Assembly (NCBI GenBank): GCA_049299095.1
Contig: JBAQWV010000143.1
Location: 25,000-88,999 of the forward strand
Source of the DNA: Anaerolineae bacterium
Lineage (GTDB): Bacteria > Chloroflexota > Anaerolineae > JAAEKA01
Direction: 5' to 3'
DNA: 64,000 bases
The position numbers and the translations under genes were made by a program. Position 1 is the stretch's first letter, and every line of letters begins with the position of its first letter. This document shows positions 1 to 8,425 of the stretch, one piece after another. The notes beneath the pieces are model-generated. The model was not told where the DNA came from. It ran no database searches and was given only the letters and a program-made list of their open reading frames with translations.

Positions 1-2
1 TG

Positions 3-716
3 GCGGAGCTGGCCTTAGCCGAGCGGCAGCAACTCGGCGGCGACCTGGATCGCCTGCTGGTGGCGCTGGACGATGGCCCGCTGCTGCTGTGGATGCCGCA
101 ACGCTTGACCGACGTGCAGCAGGAGCGCCGCGTTGAAGAGTTTTCCCGCCCGCTGCGTGAGCTGCGCCAGGTGCAAGCTGTGCCGTTGGGCTATATTGAC
201 CGGCCCCGCAGCGCCAATATCCTGCGCCTGCTGCAACTGGCCGATCTGGCGCTGGAGGAGATTACCACACAGGTGTTGCGCAGCAACCGTTACCGCGGCC
301 TGTCGGACCGTCTGCTGTTCAATCGGTTGCTCGGCCCCGGCCAGCGCAGCAGCCTGTTCGCGGCTACGTCAGAGATCAACCAGACCTATGCCAAAGAGGG
401 CAACCGCATCTGCTTCTGCTATCTGAACGTGGCCGCGCCGGATGCTACGCAGCCGCGCGTCGTGCGCGTGGAAGTGCCTGACTGGGCCGCGCGCGACGAA
501 GACCGGCTCGACACGGCGCTGGCAGCGGTGTGGCAGGATGCGCGCCTGACCGGCTATCCCTATGTGCTGGCGCGCGCGCATGAGCTGGCCGTGGTCAGTC
601 GCCACGAGCGCGCCGCACTGGAGCAGATGATGCAGATCGAGATGATGCGCCAGGGCTTGACAGGCGATATTTCCGCCAAGCAACAGAACAAGAACGATGT
701 CAGTGGACGCCGCTGA
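3..716 (+). CDS. Hypothetical protein, 5'-truncated by window edge; first gene of a co-directional three-gene cassette ending in a HerA-like ATPase
   Basis: The frame of ORF 60..716 stays open back to nt 3 with no stop (AELALAERQQLGGDLDRLL...). An 8-nt gap separates it from the next gene. No recognisable motif; role as a NurA-like partner is speculation. Confidence 0.4.
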   Translation, partial: AELALAERQQLGGDLDRLLVALDDGPLLLWMPQRLTDVQQERRVEEFSRPLRELRQVQAVPLGYIDRPRSANILRLLQLADLALEEITTQVLRSNRYRGLSDRLLFNRLLGPGQRSSLFAATSEINQTYAKEGNRICFCYLNVAAPDATQPRVVRVEVPDWAARDEDRLDTALAAVWQDARLTGYPYVLARAHELAVVSRHERAALEQMMQIEMMRQGLTGDISAKQQNKNDVSGRR

Positions 717-724
717 GGTGAAGC

Positions 725-1327
725 ATGGAAACAAGCGTTGAACCAACTCAACTGGGCCGTGTACTGCGTTCGGCCACAGCCAGCTTTACGGTGGGCTGCC
801 GCACGTCGGAGGCCGGTGTGCCACGCTTTGGCGCACTGGTGCGCGTCGAAGCGCCCAACCGCGGCGCAATTTATGGCTTGATCTACGATGTGCGCGTGGA
901 TGATGACCCCTTTGTGCGGCAATTGCTGGCCGCGGGCGATCTGACGCCGGAGTACGTCGAGGATCAACGCGCACGGCGGCAAGTGCCGGTCGAGGTGAAT
1001 GTCGTGGTGGTGGGCGGCCAGGACGCCGCGGGCCGCATCTTTCGCTATCTGCCGCCGCAGCCCCCCGCCACGCTGAGCTGGGTGACGCTGGCTGCGACGG
1101 ACGAGATCAAGGCTTTTGGCGCGCGGCTGGACTTTCTGCCCACACTGCTGAACGCCTTTGAAGCACCGGGCGACGAACTGGCCCCGGCCGCGTTGCGGCA
1201 AATGGCCGCGGCGCAGGGGGATGCGGAGGAAGCACAACGCTATTTGGTGGCCGCGGGCCGCGAGTTGGCGCGCCTGCTTAGCCGCGACCCTGCGCGCCTG
1301 AACGCGATCCTGCAACGGCTGCGGTGA
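725..1327 (+). CDS. Hypothetical small protein (200 aa) with a possible HAS-barrel-like N-terminal beta segment
   Basis: ATG at 725 preceded by GAGGTGA RBS. The segment LGRVLRSATASFTVGC...FGALVRVEA...AIYGLIYDV resembles the N-terminal barrel of the downstream ATPase (LGMVVAGSLSKGLDV...GSYVVVRG). Sits 25 nt upstream of the HerA-like gene. Confidence 0.4.
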   Translation: METSVEPTQLGRVLRSATASFTVGCRTSEAGVPRFGALVRVEAPNRGAIYGLIYDVRVDDDPFVRQLLAAGDLTPEYVEDQRARRQVPVEVNVVVVGGQDAAGRIFRYLPPQPPATLSWVTLAATDEIKAFGARLDFLPTLLNAFEAPGDELAPAALRQMAAAQGDAEEAQRYLVAAGRELARLLSRDPARLNAILQRLR

Positions 1328-1352
1328 GGAAAAATCAAAGTGGAGACCCGCC

Positions 1353-3140
1353 ATGAATGATCTGAACGCTACGCCTCTTAGTACAGATGCAGAATTCGAT
1401 GCGTTGCCCAGCGCCAGCCAGGCGCGCGGCCTTGACCCCGACACAGCCCGCTATCCCCTGGGCATGGTCGTGGCCGGTTCACTCTCCAAAGGGCTGGATG
1501 TGCGCCTCGCCCGCGAGATCAACACCGAAGATCAGGCTGTGGGCAGCTACGTGGTGGTGCGCGGCGCGGGCAAGCGCTTTTTCAGCATGATTACCGATGT
1601 GCTGCTGGGTGCGGCCAGTGACGAGGTCACGCTAAACCCGCCTGACCTGTCCGATCCCTTCCTACGCGAGATTCACCAGGGTACCAGCACTTTTGGCCTG
1701 CTGCACCTTAGCCCCATGCTGACGCTGGATGCCGAGGCGGGGGGCGAGCCGCAGCCGGTGAAGACCGTGCCGGGGCACTTCAGCCCGGTGCGCGCGGCCA
1801 GTCAAGCGGAGGTAAGCGAGGTATTCGGCGAGGAAGGCCACGACGCGGCGCGCAAAACCCACTTCTTTCATGTGGGCAATCCGCTGGACATGGCTGATGT
1901 CAAGGTGACGCTCAGCCTGGAGCGGCTGGTGGAGCGCTCATCCGGCGTGTTTGGCAAAAGCGGAACCGGCAAGACCTTCCTGAGCCGCCTGCTGCTGGCC
2001 GGCATTATTCGCGAGCGCGTGGCCGTGAACCTGATCTTTGACATGCACAATGAATATGGCTGGGAGGGTAGCAGCGAAGGCGTCACCAGCAAGGTGAAGG
2101 GGTTGAAGCAGATTTTCCCCGACGGCCGCGTCAGCATCTTCACGCTGGACGACGAATCGAGCCGACGCCGCGGCTCTAATCCCGACTATACCGTCACCAT
2201 CGGTCTCGATCAGGTGGAGCCGGACGATGTGGAGATGTTGCAGGGCATCCTCAACCTGAGCGAGCCGCAGTTGGGCGCGATCTTCGCCCTGCACCGCTAT
2301 CTGCGCCGCGACTGGCTGGCGAACTTCCTCGACGACACCTGGTTGGACAACCAGCAAGCCTTCGATCCTGACACCGGCAAAGAAAAATCGGGCTTGCAGG
2401 TGCTGGCCGAGGAGACGGGCCAGCCCTTCCAGACGCTGGCCGCGCTGCGCCGCCGGCTGCTGCAATTTGAGCGCTACGGCTTCCTCAAGCCGCACGCCGT
2501 GGACGATTCGGTGGAGCGCCTGCTGCGCTATCTGGACGCGGGCACCAACGTAGTGCTGGAGTTTGGCCGCTACGGCAACAGCCTGGACGCCTATATTTTT
2601 GTGGCGAATTTCCTTACGCGGCGGCTGCATCAAAAGTACGTAGAGAAGAAGGAGAACGCCTTCGGCAACAAGGCCGAGGAGCCTAAGCCGCTGGTGATTA
2701 CCATCGAGGAGGCGCACAAGTTCCTGGACCCGGCGATTGCCGGCCACACGATCTTCGGCACAATTGCGCGCGAGCTGCGCAAGTACAACGTCACGCTATT
2801 CATCGTGGATCAACGCCCCAGCCAGATTGACCCTGAGGTGATGAGCCAGATCGGCACGCGCGTCACTGCGCTGCTGGACGAGGAGAACGACATCCGCGCG
2901 GTGCTGATGGGGGTGAGCGGAGCAGCCGGGCTGAAGGAGGTGCTGGCGCGGCTGGACACGCGGCAACAGGCGTTGATCCTGGGCCACGCCGTGCCGATGC
3001 CCGTGGTGGTGCAGACGCGTTCCTACGATCTGACCTTCTACAAGGCGATGGGCCATGTGGACGATGCCGAGTTGCCCGCGCGGCTGGCTGAAAACGTCAT
3101 GAAGATGCGTGGCGAGGAAGGCTTCGAGGGCTTCGATTAA
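1353..3140 (+). CDS. HerA/FtsK-class (DUF87-type) P-loop ATPase with N-terminal HAS-barrel
   Basis: Walker A FGKSGTGKTFLSRLL. HerA-type EEAH-containing Walker B region PLVITIEEAHKFL. Arg-finger/sensor block RKYNVTLFIVDQRPSQIDPEV typical of HerA/VirB4/FtsK. N-terminal barrel-like region. GGAG RBS 8 nt upstream of ATG 1353. TAA stop at 3138-3140. Confidence 0.65.
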   Translation: MNDLNATPLSTDAEFDALPSASQARGLDPDTARYPLGMVVAGSLSKGLDVRLAREINTEDQAVGSYVVVRGAGKRFFSMITDVLLGAASDEVTLNPPDLSDPFLREIHQGTSTFGLLHLSPMLTLDAEAGGEPQPVKTVPGHFSPVRAASQAEVSEVFGEEGHDAARKTHFFHVGNPLDMADVKVTLSLERLVERSSGVFGKSGTGKTFLSRLLLAGIIRERVAVNLIFDMHNEYGWEGSSEGVTSKVKGLKQIFPDGRVSIFTLDDESSRRRGSNPDYTVTIGLDQVEPDDVEMLQGILNLSEPQLGAIFALHRYLRRDWLANFLDDTWLDNQQAFDPDTGKEKSGLQVLAEETGQPFQTLAALRRRLLQFERYGFLKPHAVDDSVERLLRYLDAGTNVVLEFGRYGNSLDAYIFVANFLTRRLHQKYVEKKENAFGNKAEEPKPLVITIEEAHKFLDPAIAGHTIFGTIARELRKYNVTLFIVDQRPSQIDPEVMSQIGTRVTALLDEENDIRAVLMGVSGAAGLKEVLARLDTRQQALILGHAVPMPVVVQTRSYDLTFYKAMGHVDDAELPARLAENVMKMRGEEGFEGFD

Positions 3141-3282
3141 ACCAGTTTGGGGGTATTTGAAAAGCCATAATCAGTGGTTCGACAGCGTACAGCGCCACCG
3201 ATGGTAGCTTGCACGCTGCGGGCTGTCAAGTCGCGCAGGCTGTGAACATTTGTCCGCGCTGCGGCGTGCAATGCAATGAACC

Positions 3283-3314
3283 TGCCCGCGCGGGCAAATG
3301 TCGTTTTGTTTTGC
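3283..3314 (+). terminator. Putative intrinsic terminator after the HerA-like cassette
   Basis: GC palindrome tgcccgcgcgggca followed by the T-rich tract aatgtcgttttgttttg. Confidence 0.35.
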
Positions 3315-3340
3315 TGGATATTCAAGCCTATGGGTGTCCT

Positions 3341-5272
3341 ATGACCACTGATCATAACAAACGTTTATTGTATCTGTTCCTCGCCATCGCTCTGGTCGCA
3401 CTGACGGCGCTGACCGGCTGGGCTGGCTATAGGTTGTTCAGCCGTGCGCTGGGACCGGCCGTCACCACCACCCCATCCCCTGCGGTGGTGACGGTGATCG
3501 TGGTCGCCACCCCCACCCAGCCGATCCCCTCTCCCACGCCGACACCCCTCTCGACCGTCACCACCATTGCCACCATGCCAACGGTCGCAACCGTGACGGC
3601 GTCCACACCGACTGCCGCGTTGAGCGTGATCGTCACGGCCGATCTGGCGAATCTGCGCAGCGCACCGGACATTGGTGCGCCAGTGCTGGGGGCCGCGCCC
3701 AAAGGCACACTCTTGCAGCCGCAAGGCCGTACGGCTGACAACCAATGGCTGCAGGTGTGCTGTGTCTCCAATCAGTGGGGCTGGATCACCAACCATTCCG
3801 ACCTGGTAACGTTGAATTTCCAGCCCGGCCTGCTGCCGGTGGTGCAATTCCCCACACCCGCGCCACAGCCACAGCCGACCCATACGCCCCCGCCTACGTG
3901 GACGCCCGCGCCACAGCCGACCCGCACGCCCTTGCCTACGTGGACGCCCGCGCCGCAGCCGACCCGCACGCCCCTGCCCACGTGGACGCCCGTGCCGCCC
4001 GCGGCCACAGCCACTTCCACACCGCCCACCGACTTCTGGCGAGGCGAGTACTTCAACAACCTCACGCTGCAAGGTCCACCGGTGTTGACACGACACGACG
4101 CGGCCCTCACTTTTAGCTGGGGAACAGGCAGCCCCGCGCCCGGCGTGGTCTCCGCGGATAACTTCAGCGCGCGCTGGACGCGCTGGCTGGTCATGCCGCG
4201 CAGCGATACCGTGCGCTTCGCAGTACGCGTAGACGATGGCGTGCGCATCAAGCTGGATGGCGCGCTGATCCTCGATGCCTGGCGCGACAGCGCACAGGCT
4301 GAATACGCGGTGGAACGACCAGTGTCAGCCGGCTCGCATCTCGTGGAGGTAGAGTATTACGAGCGCAACGGGCAGGCCGAGATCAATTTCGGCTGGATGC
4401 CGGTCGCGCCATCCCCAACAGCCAGCAGCACCCCCACGACGACCGCGACCGCTACGCGCACGCCAACGTCCTCCCCCACCGGCACACGCACGCCAACGGC
4501 GACGCCGACGACCACAGTCACCGGCAGCCCCACGTCAACAGCGACGCCGACGCCGACCGTGACGACAATGCCTACTATCGTTGTGCCGCCGTCGGAACCA
4601 ACCGCCACGCCCACCGCCACCAACACGCCAGCCACCACGGCTACGAGCACATCAACGGCTACCACTGCTGCCACAGCCACGAGTACGTCAACACCGACGT
4701 TTACGGCTACCAGCACAGCGACTGCCACAGCGACGGCCACGCGCACACCAACGCCCACACCGCTCACTGCGACCCCGACGGCCACATCCGCGCCGCCCAC
4801 CGCCACGCCCTCTGCCACCAGTGAACCGGCAGCGACGCCCACACCCACGATCACACCATTGCCACCCACCCCGACCGCCACGGCGACGCCTGCGTTGCAG
4901 CCGTCGTTGGTGATCTCACCGACCACCGGCTGGGCGGGCACAGTGGTGCAGGTGACGGGCGCCAACTGGCTGCCGAATGACCGGGTGACACTCACAGTCA
5001 CACAGCCGCGCAGCCGCGGGCTGGAGTTTGCGCGCGCGCGCCTCCGCGTGCGTACCGACCGACAGGGCCGCTTCACCGCCACCCTGACCATGCCGCCGCA
5101 AGTGGCGCAGCCCGGTGCCACCGCAGTATGGATCGTCGGCACGGGCAGCCGCAGCACGCGCGCCACCGCAGTCTTTACGTTGACGCCGCCCTCGGATGCA
5201 ACGCCGGTCGGCGCGCCGACGGTGATCACCCCGGCCACGGACAGCACACCACCGCCGGACAGCAACCCATAG
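3341..5272 (+). CDS. Secreted or membrane-anchored protein with SH3b-like and PA14 domains and long Pro/Thr-rich linkers
   Basis: Start trimmed to the in-frame ATG at 3341 (MTTDHNKRLLYLFLAIALVALTAL, signal/TM). SH3b-like segment LANLRSAPDIGAPVLGAAPKGTLLQP. PA14-like block FWRGEYFNNLTLQGPP...DDGVRIKLDG...VEVEYYERNGQAEINFGW. Extensive T/P/A-rich low-complexity regions. Confidence 0.55.
   Translation: MTTDHNKRLLYLFLAIALVALTALTGWAGYRLFSRALGPAVTTTPSPAVVTVIVVATPTQPIPSPTPTPLSTVTTIATMPTVATVTASTPTAALSVIVTADLANLRSAPDIGAPVLGAAPKGTLLQPQGRTADNQWLQVCCVSNQWGWITNHSDLVTLNFQPGLLPVVQFPTPAPQPQPTHTPPPTWTPAPQPTRTPLPTWTPAPQPTRTPLPTWTPVPPAATATSTPPTDFWRGEYFNNLTLQGPPVLTRHDAALTFSWGTGSPAPGVVSADNFSARWTRWLVMPRSDTVRFAVRVDDGVRIKLDGALILDAWRDSAQAEYAVERPVSAGSHLVEVEYYERNGQAEINFGWMPVAPSPTASSTPTTTATATRTPTSSPTGTRTPTATPTTTVTGSPTSTATPTPTVTTMPTIVVPPSEPTATPTATNTPATTATSTSTATTAATATSTSTPTFTATSTATATATATRTPTPTPLTATPTATSAPPTATPSATSEPAATPTPTITPLPPTPTATATPALQPSLVISPTTGWAGTVVQVTGANWLPNDRVTLTVTQPRSRGLEFARARLRVRTDRQGRFTATLTMPPQVAQPGATAVWIVGTGSRSTRATAVFTLTPPSDATPVGAPTVITPATDSTPPPDSNP
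3869..3994 (+). repeat. Three tandem copies of a 42-nt coding repeat (PQPT-TPLPTWTPA) inside the PA14 protein gene
   Basis: Near-identical 42-nt units ccacagccgacccgcacgcccttgcctacgtggacgcccgcg at 3869-3910, 3911-3952 and 3953-3994. Confidence 0.8.
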
Positions 5273-5293
5273 AGACCGTGGGCAAAGGCTACA

Positions 5294-5335
5294 AAGAATT
5301 CGGCAGCGGCTCAATCGCTGCCGAATTCTTGATTT
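5294..5335 (+). terminator. Intrinsic terminator hairpin with GAATTCGG-core palindrome after the PA14 gene
   Basis: Perfect 15-bp inverted repeat aagaattcggcagcg / cgctgccgaattctt with 7-nt loop, followed by gattttg. Confidence 0.6.
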
Positions 5336-5381
5336 TGCCGCGCCGCTTGCAGATTCCCCGCGCTTCTACTACAATTTTAGC

Positions 5382-6260
5382 ATGACTTATCTTGCTGTTG
5401 CTTTAGCTGCGCAAACCACCGCGGCCGCGCAGGCTGCGCTCCGGCAGATCGCAGGCCGCGCGGATCTGGCTGAACTGCGTCTGGACTTGATGCACGAATT
5501 TGATCTGCCTGCCTTGCTGGCCGCGCGGCCCCTGCCGGTGATCGTAACCTGTCGCCCGCCGCGCGAAGGGGGGCGCTGGCAAGGCAACGAAGCCGCTCGG
5601 CTGGCGGTGCTGCAACAGGCTGCCGCACTGGGCGCTGAATATGTGGACGTAGAGTGGGATGCCGCGGCGATGCTGCCTAACCTGGATCGCACGCACACGC
5701 GCGTGATCCTGTCGCGTCATCATTTCAACACGATGCCCGTGGATTTGGCACAGCAAGCTGCGGCGCTCGCGCAGGCGGGCGCGGATGTGGTGAAGGTGGT
5801 GGGGATGGCGCACAGCCTGACCGACTGCGCACGGGCTTTGCGGGTGCTGGACGAAGCCCCCCTACCCACAATTGCAATCGCGATGGGGGTGTACGGTCTG
5901 CCCAGCCGCGTGCTGGCCTTCCGCTCTCCGCGCGCGCTGCTAAGTTTTGCCACGCCGGACGCTGCTGCGGGCACTGCGCCCGGCCAGCTCACGCTAACGA
6001 CGATGCTGGAGGACTTGCGCGTGCGCGCGCTGACGCCACAAACTACGGTTATCGGTTGGGCTGATGGCGACGTACGCGCCTGCGGGGCGGCAAATGCGCG
6101 GCTGGCCGCGCAGGGGCTGGACGCGGTGACGATTCCGCTGCTGTCTGTGGGGGATACAGACCGCGCACAGGCCGCGGCTAGCTTGCGGCTGGCATTCGTC
6201 CTGCCTGCGGGTGAAGCAGGTGCGGTGGCGCTGGCGCGCTGGGCTGCAACACAAGCGTAG
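5382..6260 (+). CDS. aroD: 3-dehydroquinate dehydratase type I-like (AroD family)
   Basis: N-terminal AELRLDL...PVIVTCRP..EGG and SRHHFNTMP (S-x-H-x-F, as in E. coli VSNHDF) resemble type I DHQase. Carries a C-terminal extension. Confidence 0.55.
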   Translation: MTYLAVALAAQTTAAAQAALRQIAGRADLAELRLDLMHEFDLPALLAARPLPVIVTCRPPREGGRWQGNEAARLAVLQQAAALGAEYVDVEWDAAAMLPNLDRTHTRVILSRHHFNTMPVDLAQQAAALAQAGADVVKVVGMAHSLTDCARALRVLDEAPLPTIAIAMGVYGLPSRVLAFRSPRALLSFATPDAAAGTAPGQLTLTTMLEDLRVRALTPQTTVIGWADGDVRACGAANARLAAQGLDAVTIPLLSVGDTDRAQAAASLRLAFVLPAGEAGAVALARWAATQA

Positions 6261-6299
6261 GGTTGTCATTATCTCCTCATCCGAAACACGGCGATGAGG

Positions 6300-6509
6300 A
6301 CCGTCTTCACGAAAAATTCAGAAATTATTCAGGAAAAATTCAAGACTCGCGCGGGGAGCATATGGTAAGATAGTGCAGTAGTGAGATAATGCAGTTGTGT
6401 AACTGTACAATGCGTGCTCTCACTTCCTCTTTTTGTATACTTATGACCTTGTGTACCTGCCTTCGGCATACCAATCTCCCAATCTACCCGCCTCTGGAGC
6501 ACTTATCCG
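6300..6509 (+). promoter_or_regulatory. AT-richer upstream region of the WXG100-toxin gene with direct repeats and candidate promoter elements
   Basis: Direct repeats gaaaaattcag / ggaaaaattcaag. Repeated gata(a)tgcagt motifs and tgtaactgtacaatg. Local GC drop relative to flanks. Confidence 0.3.
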
Positions 6510-7634
6510 ATGAGCAATGACATCATTCAGGCGCAATACGACACGCTAAACGCAGTGGCGCGGCGCTTCGGCGACCAGGCGGAGGCGAGCAGCCAGATGC
6601 TGGCTGGGGTGCGTCGCGCCATGCAGCCACTGCAAGCCGGTGCGTGGCAGGGTCGCGGCTCCACAGCGTTTTTCAACGAAATGACTGGTGAGTTGTTGCC
6701 CGCGTTGAATCGCCTCGTAGCCGCGCTGCAACAGGCACAAACCGTTACTACTGATATTGCCCGTCTCGTGCGCGCAGCCGAGGAAGAGGCTGCACAGCCC
6801 TTCCGGGGTGGCGAGAACGCAGGCAGCGATGCCGGAACCGCAGCAGGCGCTGACACGGCGCCGATACAAACGCTGCTGCCAACACCGCTGCCGACCAACC
6901 AGATCTTTGCCGATTCCTACATGGATGGTCTGGTGGGTTTGCAAGTACAGGGAGCCAACACCGCCCAACTGAACAGCGCGATGGAGACGCTGGCTGGCAC
7001 CCCCACGCCCGAGCAGGTAAACCAGGCGCTGGATCAGATCGCCCAGGCGCGCGGCGTGCCGCGTGCCGAGATCGAGGCGCAATACCAGCGTTACCTAGCC
7101 CTGCGCGACGAAGCTGCGCGCATCGCCGCGGCCAAGGGCATGGATCAGGTTCCCGCGGCCAGCCAGTTCCTGCACGATGACTTCATGGGCAGTACCACAC
7201 AACTGCGCTACGGCAAGGTCGTGGGCGACGCGCTGGGCATTGACCCGGTGTTCGGTGCGCTACTCAACCCCACTGGCGGGCTGGTCGGCCCCGGCAACGC
7301 GGCCGTTGACCTGGGCGATAGCGCACTGGGTTATCACGGCGTGGTGCATGACGCCGCCGGCTACCTCTACAACTACCACAACATGGGACCAGGCTATGAC
7401 TATCTGGGCCTGGAAGGGCGCGATACCAGCAGTCCATTGACCGGCCAGCAGGCTGGCATCCAGTATTGGACAAACAACATCAACGCGGGCTTTGTGGAAT
7501 CAACCCTGTCGAATACCGGCGGCACGTTGCTCGGTGTAGCGGAAGATGTAAAAACCGGCGTCACCCAAACAATAGACGCTATCAGTGATGGCGTTGAGAG
7601 CGTCCGTGACTGGTTTGGCGATTTATTTGACTGA
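6510..7634 (+). CDS. WXG100/LXG-like N-terminal domain fused to a C-terminal domain of unknown function (polymorphic toxin-like)
   Basis: First ~100 aa is a helical WXG100-type domain with W-x-G (LQAGAWQGRGSTAFFNEM). Followed by an A/G/T/P-rich linker and a ~250-aa C-terminal domain with no recognisable motif. ATG 6510, TGA 7632-7634. Confidence 0.55.
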   Translation: MSNDIIQAQYDTLNAVARRFGDQAEASSQMLAGVRRAMQPLQAGAWQGRGSTAFFNEMTGELLPALNRLVAALQQAQTVTTDIARLVRAAEEEAAQPFRGGENAGSDAGTAAGADTAPIQTLLPTPLPTNQIFADSYMDGLVGLQVQGANTAQLNSAMETLAGTPTPEQVNQALDQIAQARGVPRAEIEAQYQRYLALRDEAARIAAAKGMDQVPAASQFLHDDFMGSTTQLRYGKVVGDALGIDPVFGALLNPTGGLVGPGNAAVDLGDSALGYHGVVHDAAGYLYNYHNMGPGYDYLGLEGRDTSSPLTGQQAGIQYWTNNINAGFVESTLSNTGGTLLGVAEDVKTGVTQTIDAISDGVESVRDWFGDLFD

Positions 7635-7644
7635 GAGGTGTTGC

Positions 7645-8409
7645 ATGACGATTCCCTGTGCCATTTCATACCCTGTCACCCTCTCACCGGCACAACTGGC
7701 TTACCTGCTTTCGCTCACTGGTATTCAAGATTTGGTGGGCCTGGCCGATGAAGGCCTCTTTCCCAGAAACGGCGACCATTGGGAACGGCTTTTTCTGCAC
7801 GGCCGCGCCGAATTGGAGCGTGACCAGTGGTTGTATCAACCGCCCAACAGTGCCCGCACAGCCATCAATCAGGAGTTGCTGACAGTAGTGACCACGATGG
7901 CTGCGCCGGACGCAGTGCTGGTGACCACACTCAACCGTCCTGGCCTGCCCAGCCAAAGCGTCACCCATTATATTTCAACCTTTGTCGTGGAAGCGTGCTA
8001 CGATGGCCTGTACTACCGGATGGCTGCCTTGTCATCACCGGAAGTAATGCTGATGCGGCTGGCAAGCACCTTGGGTCTGCCCTCACAGCAGCCCGCGCTG
8101 GACGAATTCGTGCTGTCCAATGAGAGTGCGCGGCAGGCTGTGGCCGATCCGGCGCCGGAACACCTGGCCCGGCTGGGCGTGCCCAGCAGCAGTATACAGC
8201 TTTTCGCCCGCGCCCTCGATGCGGGTCGGCGTGCCAAGGTGCAGGTGATGCGACTGCGTTACGGCCAGGTGCAGGCAGTTCACCGCGTGCGCGCCCTGTT
8301 CGCCAGTGAATCCTCGGCCTGGCTGGCTTTGCCTGCTGATGGCGCGCGCGTACGCATGGTGCCCGCGTACGCGGGCGGTCTGGCCGAACAGGTGCAAGCC
8401 TTGCTATAA
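7645..8409 (+). CDS. Hypothetical protein immediately downstream of the WXG-toxin gene (candidate immunity protein)
   Basis: In-frame ATG at 7645, 10 nt after the toxin stop (ORF track start 7585 overlaps the upstream gene). No recognisable motif. Position matches the toxin-immunity pair convention. Confidence 0.4.
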   Translation: MTIPCAISYPVTLSPAQLAYLLSLTGIQDLVGLADEGLFPRNGDHWERLFLHGRAELERDQWLYQPPNSARTAINQELLTVVTTMAAPDAVLVTTLNRPGLPSQSVTHYISTFVVEACYDGLYYRMAALSSPEVMLMRLASTLGLPSQQPALDEFVLSNESARQAVADPAPEHLARLGVPSSSIQLFARALDAGRRAKVQVMRLRYGQVQAVHRVRALFASESSAWLALPADGARVRMVPAYAGGLAEQVQALL

Positions 8410-8425
8410 TAGGGGAGAACTACTT

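Noticed and set aside
560-1444. 294-aa minus-strand ORF spanning genes 1-3 of the HerA cassette
   Set aside because: It overlaps three co-directional plus-strand genes that have RBSs and motifs. Arg-rich antisense artefact.
1353-3140. Interpretation of the ATPase as a T7SS EssC-like coupling ATPase for the nearby WXG100 gene
   Set aside because: It has a single ATPase domain and no TM segment. It lacks the N-terminal FHA domains and the multiple FtsK-like repeats of EssC. Motifs (EEAH, HAS-barrel) fit HerA better. The WXG gene is also 3.4 kb away in a different transcription unit.
3209-3340. ORF-track 5' extension of the PA14 protein gene (MHAAGCQ...)
   Set aside because: The extension lacks signal-peptide character and sits in the intergenic/terminator region. 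The in-frame ATG at 3341 begins a classic signal/TM sequence.
3869-3994. Possible CRISPR-like array (regular 42-nt repeats)
   Set aside because: The repeats are directly tandem with no spacers. They lie in-frame inside a CDS and encode PQPT-TPLPTWTPA. This is a coding tandem repeat, not CRISPR.
4357-5265. 302-aa minus-strand ORF (plus 3365..4096 and 3772..4251) across the PA14 gene
   Set aside because: Poly-Val/Gly/Ala translations of the antisense strand of the PT-rich repeats. Artefact of low-complexity coding sequence.
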